Positions 26,178 to 33,687 of a stretch of DNA of 33,730 nt are shown here, piece by piece (the first letter of the stretch is position 1; each line of letters begins with the position of its first letter). This stretch comes from a virus (lineage: Duplodnaviria; Caudoviricetes). The translations under genes and the position numbers were made by a program. A model generated the notes under the pieces. The model searched no databases and was not told where the DNA came from. It was given only the letters and a program-made list of their open reading frames with translations. The stretch lies in IMG/VR virus record IMGVR_UViG_3300033067_001182, positions 1 to 33,730 of that record; one strand, 5' to 3'.

Positions 26178-27011
26178 TTACGCAACGGAAGTGGCGCGGC
26201 TTTTGATCCTGTCATGGATATTACCCCAATCGTTCAGATCGGCACGCGGGAACACTTCGAGTCGGCCGCCCGGCGTGCAGTTCACGATCTTCTTCTGCGC
26301 GGCCCGGTTCGCCTTCAGTTCTCTGGCGTGCCAGTCGAAGGCTTCATTCATGCTCGACGCGGGAATGCCGTCCACTGTGTATTCCCCGGCGTGTGTCTTG
26401 CCGCCATCCTCAACGCCGAAGTCGCAGCCGACCAAGCCGACCTCGGACGCACCTAGCCGGAACGCCAGTGACACAGCGTGGAACGTGATGCTTCCGGCGA
26501 GCGGCGTAATGGAAGGGACGTTCGCCGGCAACAGACCCGAGGCGAACCGCGGACCCGCGACCAGAGACGGGTGCGCGTTGTTGTACCAGAACACCTCAGC
26601 GCCAAGCTCGCGGCACATGTGGACGCCAAGAGGCGCCGCGGTTGTTGACGCGCACAGAGCGGTCATGGGGAACCACCCCTTGTACTGCTTGAAGATGAGC
26701 GCGGAATTAGCCTGCTCCTCCGCGGTAATTACGATGTTCGGTACAATCGCGTTGTCGTACAGGAACGGCACGGCCGCTTCCACGGCGATCATAAGTACGT
26801 CTGTCGCAGCCGTCAGGCACTGAAGCTGCCTCACCTGCTTTTCAAGGCTCGGGCCAGCGGCGACCACCAGCGCCTTCGGGAATGGGACACTACTTCCCTG
26901 CTCCCCGTCGCTTTTGCTCAGCCGCGTTTGCAGGTCCGCGACTGTTTTGGCGAACCCCCCGTTTACCCCCTTGTTTGCCCGCAAGTTGTCCCACCATAGA
27001 GGCGTCGGCAT
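26178..27011 (-). CDS. Maf/DUF115 (MAF_flag10, MptE-like) family protein 1, putative glycosyltransferase (277 aa)
   Basis: WWDNLRAN...KALVVAAGPSLEKQ...MIAVEAAVPFLYDNAIVPNIVIT...GSITFHAVSLAFRLGASEVGLVGCDFG...IVNCTPGG. GAGG RBS before ATG 27011. Confidence 0.85.
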   Translation of the reverse strand: MPTPLWWDNLRANKGVNGGFAKTVADLQTRLSKSDGEQGSSVPFPKALVVAAGPSLEKQVRQLQCLTAATDVLMIAVEAAVPFLYDNAIVPNIVITAEEQANSALIFKQYKGWFPMTALCASTTAAPLGVHMCRELGAEVFWYNNAHPSLVAGPRFASGLLPANVPSITPLAGSITFHAVSLAFRLGASEVGLVGCDFGVEDGGKTHAGEYTVDGIPASSMNEAFDWHARELKANRAAQKKIVNCTPGGRLEVFPRADLNDWGNIHDRIKSRATSVA

Positions 27012-27693
27012 TTCGTACCTCACGAATCCATTCCCTCGCTTCCGAGAACGTGATCGACACGGCATCATCAATCGCGCCGTCCTGACCATCCCGCTTGACG
27101 TGTGCTTCCACAGCCATTGCGCCACTGGCGATCGCCCGCTGGAAAAGGTCCTGGTCAGGTGCGTGCAGAGAGAACCCGATCCGGCCCGCGATGTCGCCGG
27201 CGTCCCACACGGCGTCGTATTCCTCCGGCGCCGCGGGATACTTCGGCACGCAGAACAGCGGGATTCTCCCGATCCCCTGCCGATCCGCAGCATTTGACGT
27301 GCTGTAGAAGATGGTGCCGCGGAAGTCGTACGCGCCGATTTCCTGGAAAATCGCGATGTTTCTATGGTTGGCGAAGTCGGCATGACGAATCTTGATCCAC
27401 CGAAGGCGGTTGTCGTCCACGATCTCCATTGCCTTCGGATACATGACCGTGAAGAACACCAGAATCCTGTTTGCGTACCCCGCATCCACGAGCGCCTTCG
27501 CAATCGGCTTCGTGATTCGCCGCCGTTCCAGTTCCTCTTGCAACCGGGGGTCCTTAACGCGGTCAATCACGTCCCGGTCGTACAACTGGAACTTAGCATG
27601 AGTGAATCCGGCGTCAGCGGCGAGGCGGACATACTCCTTGGCGTCCGCAACGCCGTCCCAGTTAACGCCACATTCAGCGATCAGGAACGACAC
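26890..27693 (-). CDS. NeuB/PseI/SpsE-like nonulosonic acid synthase family protein (TIM barrel only, divergent)
   Basis: FLIAECGVNWDG...AADAGFTHAKFQLY...WIKI...LFCVPKYPA...IGFSLHA...AIASGAMAVEAHV...DDAVSITFSE parallels NeuB IAEIG.NH.G, KFQ, C.S.YP, G.SDH, IEKH and DH..S. GTG start with GGAG RBS. Confidence 0.85.
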   Translation of the reverse strand: MSFLIAECGVNWDGVADAKEYVRLAADAGFTHAKFQLYDRDVIDRVKDPRLQEELERRRITKPIAKALVDAGYANRILVFFTVMYPKAMEIVDDNRLRWIKIRHADFANHRNIAIFQEIGAYDFRGTIFYSTSNAADRQGIGRIPLFCVPKYPAAPEEYDAVWDAGDIAGRIGFSLHAPDQDLFQRAIASGAMAVEAHVKRDGQDGAIDDAVSITFSEAREWIREVRNADASMVGQLAGKQGGKRGVRQNSRGPANAAEQKRRGAGK

Positions 27694-27694
27694 G

Positions 27695-28753
27695 CTATAG
27701 ACTCCGAAGGCAGGTAACGCATTGCTCCGGGATATCTCCGTCAACCCGGTGCAGGTCGCGAAGTCCGGCGATGTCAGGATGCCGCCATGCGTCCACGATG
27801 CTCATGTCGTTCAGGTTGATCCCTGGGAGCAGCCGGAACGCATGGTCCGTGCAACATGGCGCCACCTTGCCGTCCCACGAGATGACGAAATTCGTGTACA
27901 CCTCACGGCACTTCCCCATCGGAGTCCGCTTGCAATTCGGATTCCTCATGCTCTCGTTGTTCACCTGGCCTGCGATTGACGCGACGGGGACCGATTGTGT
28001 CTCGACACCAAATTGTGCCCAGAAAGCGCGCGAGAACTCGATTTCCCAAGTCGTCGGGCCGGCCTGCGTGTTGATGACCGGCTGTTCGATGGTAATCAAG
28101 TGCTGGATGCTCAATTGCGTGCGCTTCGACCATTTATCCTCCATCTTCGTCGAACGCTTCAACTCCGCCAATTCACGCGCCGCCGCCACGACCTGAGGCA
28201 CGACGACATCCCAAAGCGCGCCGGCGCGGTACGGGTGAATCACGAAGTTCTGTCTGGCCGCCACGTCGACCTCGCCGCGCCCAACCTTGGTGCGGTCGAA
28301 CGGCTTCCCTTCGCGGTCAACGCCGTCCTGCAAGAACCTGTTGGGCTCCACGGAGAACGTCAGCTTGTCGATGCCAGCGCGAAGCCACGATTGACGGCGT
28401 TCCTTGGTTGTCCAGAGCAGGCCGCCAGTGTTCATCTGGAGCCACGTTCGCGGGAGGGCCTCCCGCGCGTACAGAGCGAGCGCGGCAAATTCCGGATGCG
28501 CCGTGCTCTCGCCGGAGTAGTGGAGCCGGAGGACGTCCGGCGGGGTGTCCCGGAACTGGTCAATGATCCCGCGGAATAGGGACGCCGACATGAACCCTTC
28601 CGCGCGGGCCATCCGTTCGTCGCTCCCTTGGAGCGGACACATCGGGCACAACTGCGGACATCGCGCGCTGAGTTCGACCATCACGTTTAGCGGCACCGGG
28701 GGAGCCGTCTTGGTCGCCTGCACCTGCGCGATGCGCGTGAATTGGTCAACCAC
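27695..28753 (-). CDS. Radical SAM protein with SPASM/Twitch domain (352 aa)
   Basis: CPQLCPMC (CxxxCxxC), LHYSGES, and C-terminal CREVY...ISWDGKVAPCC...CVTC. Confidence 0.92.
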   Translation of the reverse strand: MVDQFTRIAQVQATKTAPPVPLNVMVELSARCPQLCPMCPLQGSDERMARAEGFMSASLFRGIIDQFRDTPPDVLRLHYSGESTAHPEFAALALYAREALPRTWLQMNTGGLLWTTKERRQSWLRAGIDKLTFSVEPNRFLQDGVDREGKPFDRTKVGRGEVDVAARQNFVIHPYRAGALWDVVVPQVVAAARELAELKRSTKMEDKWSKRTQLSIQHLITIEQPVINTQAGPTTWEIEFSRAFWAQFGVETQSVPVASIAGQVNNESMRNPNCKRTPMGKCREVYTNFVISWDGKVAPCCTDHAFRLLPGINLNDMSIVDAWRHPDIAGLRDLHRVDGDIPEQCVTCLRSL

Positions 28754-28891
28754 CTATTCGCCCCCCTCGTCGTTGGTGTCCTGTCGCCAGTCGAAGCGCC
28801 GGCGCGAAGCCCAACAGTGGTACATGAGAAGGCATCCCCAGAGGATTGTCACCCCACCGCACAGAGCGTCAATCGCACCGTCGAAACTCAC
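28754..28891 (-). CDS. Small single-TM protein (45 aa)
   Basis: Manual translation MSFDGAIDALCGGVTILWGCLLMYHCWASRRRFDWRQDTNDEGGE. GTGA coupling upstream; the stop abuts the radical SAM start. Confidence 0.55.
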   Translation of the reverse strand: MSFDGAIDALCGGVTILWGCLLMYHCWASRRRFDWRQDTNDEGGE

Positions 28892-29343
28892 ACCTTGATC
28901 CCCTTCTTCTCAAGGGCTTTCCGCGCGCCTTCGACAGCCCGAGCCGTGCGCTTCTCCATCCGCTCCTTGCGGGCCTTCTTGTACGGTCGGTGCTGCGACC
29001 GCGTGATCTTCTCATTCTCGTCCAGCGGCTTAACGCCCTGCTCTTTGCATAGCGTCTTGTACATCTTCGCGTCCTCGACCCGGACACGCTCGCCGCCATG
29101 ACCGTCTGACACGATGCACCCGCGGGCCTTCAGGTCCTCATACCGTTTCCCGCTTGGGAGCAACGCATCCGAATCGTACGGCCACTGGCTCGCCTCGTTA
29201 GTCGCCGTGCGAAAGGCGTAGACCATTGACCGTGCCATCATCGCGCCACACGCACACGTCATCGGCTCGTCACGAGCAGCCATCAGGCGCGACGCCTCGA
29301 TGCCGCGGCCGCAGGTCACGCAGTCCCAATGGTAGGTTGGCAC
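28888..29343 (-). CDS. FmdB-like zinc-ribbon protein (151 aa)
   Basis: MPTYHWDCVTCG...CACG; post-portal position; basic C-terminus. Confidence 0.8.
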   Translation of the reverse strand: MPTYHWDCVTCGRGIEASRLMAARDEPMTCACGAMMARSMVYAFRTATNEASQWPYDSDALLPSGKRYEDLKARGCIVSDGHGGERVRVEDAKMYKTLCKEQGVKPLDENEKITRSQHRPYKKARKERMEKRTARAVEGARKALEKKGIKV

Positions 29344-31406
29344 TACTCAACCCCCCCCTGCAACGGACGGCCCCCGTTCGCTCCCGCCATGATGCTGCCC
29401 TCGGTCGGAGTGTTCGTCGCCATCATCGCCGGGATTGCGCCGGCCCCCTGAGACGGCGAGTTCCCGGCGCCCTTCTTCACGCCCGGAGCGTTCATCTGCT
29501 GCATCATCTGCTGGTGCATGGCCGCGTGGTTCGCCACGAGCTGCGCGGCTTCCGGCACGGTCTGGGACAGGATCTGGAAGAACGGCGATTGCATGAACAT
29601 GGTCAGCACCTGGAGATGTTCGCCGTGGTTCTGGTCAGGCGCAATCTGCACCTCGGCACCGTTCAGCATGTCGAGAAGCTCGTCCTGCTGCCGCGGTTCC
29701 TCGCTCTCCTTCAGGATCGCGTCCACGTTCGGGAACACGTCCTCATAGGTGCGCGCAACCTGGGTAATCAGTTCCGGCATGTTGAAGTACTGGGGCATCG
29801 TGCTTGCCAGGTTCAGGAAGTCGAAGGCCATCTTCTTGCGAACGTTCGAGTTCGGAGGCTGCATCGACGTCAGGTCGATCTTGAATCGGTACGGCCCGCG
29901 CACGTCACGGCCAGTCCACTTGCGCCACTCGACGCCCTTGTTGCCCTCGATCCGGACAATCTCCTCCTCCTCCGTGCGCTCGGAGATGAGGATGAAAATC
30001 TTCTCGATGCACTTGACGGCGAACTCGCGCGTCTTGTCCAGCATGTCGTTGGTGCGTACGTTCAGGCTGGACTGGATGATGCTTGCTTCCGTCGCGCTGT
30101 CCGCGTCCGCTGCGCCTTGCTGATTCGCGCCGACTCCGGTCACGATGCGGAAGTCCTGCATCATGCGTTCCTGGAGCCGGTAATTGTCGGCCGTGATCGC
30201 CGGCATCTGAGGAACGCTGAAGTCCTGCACGGAATTGACCTTGACCGCGCGCATGGGCGCCCCGCTCAAGAACTGCTGTTCCTGCTCGGGATCGGCAAAT
30301 GCCGCTTGGCCGTATAGAATCGGCGGATTCTGCCGCTTCACCATTTCCAGATTGTGCGACCGGAGCTTGTTGATTTCCTTCTGCTGACCAATGGCTTGCA
30401 TGATATCGGACATCGGATACACGCGGTCGCTGTCCTCGGAGTAGACCAAGAACTCGTACGGATACCCGCCGAACAGCATGGCATCCTCGTCGATCTCGTG
30501 CGACAGCGGGCCTTCGTGCCCCTCGGCCAGCGTGATCCGCTTGAACAACGTGGTCCCAGGCCGATAGCCCTTGTCCATCGGGTCATCTTTCTGGGCCGAC
30601 GTGCGGTAGCAGACTTCGTGCAACTCAACGAAGTCCTCGTTGCGCGACGCATCCACGTCGTTCTTCGAACGGTATCGGTCCATGACATCCCGCGTGCCCT
30701 GGAGATTCTCCGTGTTCTTGTACCGGCTATCGCTCTTGACGTCCTCGGTACGCCGGTACACGCGCATCACAATGTATTCGAGTTCGTCATACGAGCGCGC
30801 CCACGGCGGCAGGAAGATATCGCGCGGATGCACGCGCAGGCACCACGGCTGGTTTGCGTGGACGTCGGAAGAACACCCGGTAACAGGCGTGCGTTGCGCC
30901 GCGTTCTCGGCGTCGTCCTTGTCCAGCGCCTTCTCGCCGACCTTGCCGTACTGCGATCCCCACCCGTGCTTGGCGACGCCGTACCCGAACAGGTAGCCGT
31001 CGCGCACGCACCGCTGCATCTGCGACTTCCAGCCGATCTGGTCAAGCTTCTGCTCGATCACCGGCTTGGCGACATCGGCAGAACGCACGACGTCGTGAAG
31101 GCGCGGTTCCCCGGTGCTTGGGTCGATGTCCTCAAGCCGGTCGGTCAGCGGCTCGAGCGTGACCTCCGGGCGCTGGAAGAACAACTGCGGGACAATGGCC
31201 CGCTTGTTTGCCCAGACGAGATTGACCGTGATTTGGTCCATGCCGTCGTGTGACGTGCGGTCACGCATCCATTGTTTGCCGCGGTCCATCTCCTCAATTT
31301 CTTCAATCCGCGGGAGGAAGTGCGTTTCGTGGTAGTTCTTCGCGACCTTCACCCGGTCGCGCCATCGGTTCCACAGTTTCTTTTCCTTGTCCGTAAGGTC
31401 CGGCAT
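29343..31406 (-). CDS. Portal protein (P22-like, 687 aa)
   Basis: RGKQW...ITVNLV...GYGVAKHGW...RVHPRDIF...QQKEINKLRS...SATEA motifs, Q/M/G-rich tail, follows TerL. Confidence 0.92.
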   Translation of the reverse strand: MPDLTDKEKKLWNRWRDRVKVAKNYHETHFLPRIEEIEEMDRGKQWMRDRTSHDGMDQITVNLVWANKRAIVPQLFFQRPEVTLEPLTDRLEDIDPSTGEPRLHDVVRSADVAKPVIEQKLDQIGWKSQMQRCVRDGYLFGYGVAKHGWGSQYGKVGEKALDKDDAENAAQRTPVTGCSSDVHANQPWCLRVHPRDIFLPPWARSYDELEYIVMRVYRRTEDVKSDSRYKNTENLQGTRDVMDRYRSKNDVDASRNEDFVELHEVCYRTSAQKDDPMDKGYRPGTTLFKRITLAEGHEGPLSHEIDEDAMLFGGYPYEFLVYSEDSDRVYPMSDIMQAIGQQKEINKLRSHNLEMVKRQNPPILYGQAAFADPEQEQQFLSGAPMRAVKVNSVQDFSVPQMPAITADNYRLQERMMQDFRIVTGVGANQQGAADADSATEASIIQSSLNVRTNDMLDKTREFAVKCIEKIFILISERTEEEEIVRIEGNKGVEWRKWTGRDVRGPYRFKIDLTSMQPPNSNVRKKMAFDFLNLASTMPQYFNMPELITQVARTYEDVFPNVDAILKESEEPRQQDELLDMLNGAEVQIAPDQNHGEHLQVLTMFMQSPFFQILSQTVPEAAQLVANHAAMHQQMMQQMNAPGVKKGAGNSPSQGAGAIPAMMATNTPTEGSIMAGANGGRPLQGGVE

Positions 31407-31609
31407 TACAGCCCTTCCTTCTCATTCGGAACCGACAGGGAAGCGAAGTACTCGTCAAGACCAACGTTGACCACGCCGTCAAGCCATCGGTACGACTTCG
31501 CGCACGACGGACAGACCCACGCACCGTCCGGCGCCGACACGACCGTAAACGTCCGCTCGCACGTCTTGCACTTCCGCCGCGCAATCGCGCGGTCCCCGTT
31601 CGTCATCAT
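31406..31609 (-). CDS. Small zinc-ribbon protein (67 aa), probably leaderless
   Basis: MMTNGDRAIARRKCKTC...WVCPSC; TAATG coupling to the portal; ATG lies 7 nt after a -10 box. Confidence 0.65.
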   Translation of the reverse strand: MMTNGDRAIARRKCKTCERTFTVVSAPDGAWVCPSCAKSYRWLDGVVNVGLDEYFASLSVPNEKEGL

Positions 31610-31615
31610 GCCGCG

Positions 31616-31643
31616 AATATACCCTCGCACCGGAGCAATGCAA
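31616..31643 (-). promoter_or_regulatory. Sigma70-like promoter for the portal/head operon
   Basis: TTGCAT-16 bp-TATATT on the minus strand. Confidence 0.6.
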
Positions 31644-31651
31644 GTGGAAAG

Positions 31652-31666
31652 TGACATTTATTGTCA
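31652..31666. promoter_or_regulatory. Palindrome TGACA-N5-TGTCA, possible operator between divergent promoters
   Basis: tgacatttattgtca in the AT-rich gap. Confidence 0.35.
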
Positions 31667-31707
31667 GCGGCAATTCGGGATTTCGTCTTTATTTATCACT
31701 TTACATC

Positions 31708-31735
31708 TTGACAAAATCAAACGACGGGATATCAT
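31708..31735 (+). promoter_or_regulatory. Plus-strand sigma70-like promoter pointing into the 3' end of terL
   Basis: TTGACA-16 bp-TATCAT with an AT-rich upstream tract. Confidence 0.65.
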
Positions 31736-31748
31736 CAATCGCGTTCAC

Positions 31749-31788
31749 GGCAGGGCCTGGCGAGGCGGGGCGCGGCCGGGCAAGGCAT
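31749..31788 (+). repeat. (GGCNN)8 pentanucleotide tract
   Basis: ggcag ggcct ggcga ggcgg ggcgc ggccg ggcaa ggcat. Confidence 0.85.
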
Positions 31789-31797
31789 CGCGGGAAT

Positions 31798-33270
31798 CTA
31801 CAGCCGGTCCATGTAAATCACAGACGGGCGCTGTTCGGCACCAATCAGGTCCGAGTTGCGCCCGTCTCTGTATTTCTTGAGCAGACGCTTGTACGCTCCG
31901 ACGCAATTCGCCGGCATCACGTCCTTACTCGTGTACCGTCGCGGCCTCGTCATCACCAGGTACCGGAAACAGTCCGCGCTGTGGTTGTTCGCGTCCTGCG
32001 GCTTCAGCCCCTGATTCTTCCCCTCGTTCGCCTTCGCCCAACTGTACTTCTCCAGCTCGCCAATCATGTTGACGCAGCTCGAGAACACGAACACCCCAGG
32101 CTTCCCGCTCAGCGGGTCAACCTTCATCCACTCCATCGCCCGGAAGATCCCGGAGTCGATGTCATTGTTCCCTGGGATGCACGGGATACCAAGCTCCGCC
32201 ATATGCCCTAGGATGCTCATCCCGCTCTCAAGCCGCTTCTGCTTCGCGTTCGGGTCGATCACCGTGTAGTCGATATGCTCCCCGGCCGATCGCTCCCTGA
32301 TCCTGTCGCAATGCCAGCTCAGCAACTGCCGCTTCACATAATGCTCGCGGTACACATACAGCCGCCCGTCCCCGTCGCTCGCCACCCACAGGCAGCAAAA
32401 CGGATCCTCATACCCGTAGTCAATCGTCCGCCACCGCGGCCACTCCGGGGGAATCTCGAACGGCTCAATCACATGCGTCTTGCGCGCGAACTCCCCATAC
32501 ACGCGCCCAACAAAGCTCACGAACTCCCCGCCGTACTGCTCCGCAAACGTCGCAGCGTCCAGCGTCCGCCGCGCGTCCTCCACCTCTTGCCGGTCAAAGT
32601 CCGGGTTGTCCCACACCCCGTATTGCCCGCACCAATAGTCCTTGTGCCCCTCTACCACCGCCGGTTGATAGAACAGCGGGTGCAAGAAGTCGTCCAACCC
32701 CTTCGGTGTCGTCGGGATCACCAGACGCCCCAGCCTGCTACCCAACCTCGCACGCAAGTACCGCTCCCACACAAACCGTGGGCACTGGCTCCCCTCACTC
32801 AGCAAGATCAGGTCCAGCTCCTCACCCAACAGGCTCGTTGGCTCGTTCCATGACTTGCAGACGAACCAACTCATGTACTCCGTCCGCTTGTCACCCTCCG
32901 GACTCCAGTCAACCTCGAGCCTCAACTGCCCACTGTTCAGGTTGTCTGTCAACCGCACCACAGGGATACGAAACCCCTGGTGCTTCAACTCCATCACGGC
33001 ATCGACTACATACCGGAACTCTTTCGATGCCAACTCGTACGTCGGGCCAACCGCCCAGATATGCACCCCAGGATGCAGCAAGAACCAGAGCGCTTCCATC
33101 GCCCCACACTTGCTCTTCCCGTACCTCGCCCCAGCACACAACAGCCGCCACCGCGCCTTGCTCCGGTGGAACTCCTCCTGCCCAGGATACGGCCTGTACC
33201 CCACCCTCTCATACAGCCCAAACTTGTCTAGCCCAGGCTCTACCGGCCACTTCCTCTTGGCCTTCTTCAC
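31798..33270 (-). CDS. terL: Terminase large subunit (490 aa)
   Basis: YPGQEEFH adenine motif, Walker A GARYGKS, Walker B LILLSE, TTPKG coupling motif, nuclease TIDYGY...IDP...NHSADCFRY; GGGAGGGG RBS. Confidence 0.95.
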   Translation of the reverse strand: MKKAKRKWPVEPGLDKFGLYERVGYRPYPGQEEFHRSKARWRLLCAGARYGKSKCGAMEALWFLLHPGVHIWAVGPTYELASKEFRYVVDAVMELKHQGFRIPVVRLTDNLNSGQLRLEVDWSPEGDKRTEYMSWFVCKSWNEPTSLLGEELDLILLSEGSQCPRFVWERYLRARLGSRLGRLVIPTTPKGLDDFLHPLFYQPAVVEGHKDYWCGQYGVWDNPDFDRQEVEDARRTLDAATFAEQYGGEFVSFVGRVYGEFARKTHVIEPFEIPPEWPRWRTIDYGYEDPFCCLWVASDGDGRLYVYREHYVKRQLLSWHCDRIRERSAGEHIDYTVIDPNAKQKRLESGMSILGHMAELGIPCIPGNNDIDSGIFRAMEWMKVDPLSGKPGVFVFSSCVNMIGELEKYSWAKANEGKNQGLKPQDANNHSADCFRYLVMTRPRRYTSKDVMPANCVGAYKRLLKKYRDGRNSDLIGAEQRPSVIYMDRL

Positions 33271-33299
33271 TCCCCTCCCCCGAAACAGAATTCTCCCCT

Positions 33300-33508
33300 A
33301 TCTTGTCCGCCTCAGCGGACAACCTCATCGGTTGTCTCGCTGACGCTTGGGCAGCCGCGGTTCACTTCGCAAACCTGCTGCTTCGTACGACTCGGTGGCA
33401 GGCCACCTCGTCACTAGTATGCAATCTGTCTCACGACAGACTAAAGGGCGTGCTGTCGCACACTATGAACTGCTGCGACGCTTGACGCGTCTTGCAGATA
33501 TAGCCGAC
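33300..33508 (-). ncRNA. Candidate structured leader RNA upstream of terL
   Basis: About 240 nt between a consensus promoter and terL, with four hairpins plus one competing helix and no ORF of 60 aa or more on the minus strand. Confidence 0.35.
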
Positions 33509-33514
33509 GGACCC

Positions 33515-33542
33515 ATTATACCAAGTGACTTTTCGGTGTCAA
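33515..33542 (-). promoter_or_regulatory. Consensus sigma70 promoter upstream of terL
   Basis: TTGACA-16 bp-TATAAT, with extended -10 TGn (TGG TATAAT). Confidence 0.85.
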
Positions 33543-33687
33543 GAGAAATCGTCCTCGCCGGCAGGATCTTTCTTCCCCTTGCAGCTGAAGCCTTTACGTT
33601 CGCTCTTACTTGGTTTTTCGTTGCGTTCAGGGGGAGGGTTCAACTAACTCGTTCGGTTCGTCCCGATCAGGTATCCCGGTGCCCCCG

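Noticed and set aside
21803-27011. DUF115 proteins as MptE pterin pyrophosphokinases (folate/methanopterin auxiliary genes)
   Set aside because: No pterin pathway genes are nearby, and adjacency to a NeuB-like gene favours the Maf role. This is disfavoured rather than formally excluded.
26890-27566. Programmed frameshift fusing the NeuB-like and Maf 1 genes (462-aa track ORF, 122-bp overlap)
   Set aside because: Maf 1 has its own RBS and ATG at 27011, the upstream extension reads as shadow sequence, and I saw no slippery site upstream of the Maf start.
32790-32815. TerL Walker B reads LILLSE instead of hhhhDE, suggesting an inactive ATPase
   Set aside because: SE-type Walker B motifs occur, to my knowledge, in other terminases. 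The catalytic Glu and all other motifs are intact.
39-33485. Long plus-strand ORFs in the track (for example 56-1255, 3248-4759, 17874-18890, 29226-30317)
   Set aside because: They are antisense shadows of well-supported, coupled minus-strand genes in GC-rich DNA, with no motifs or RBS.
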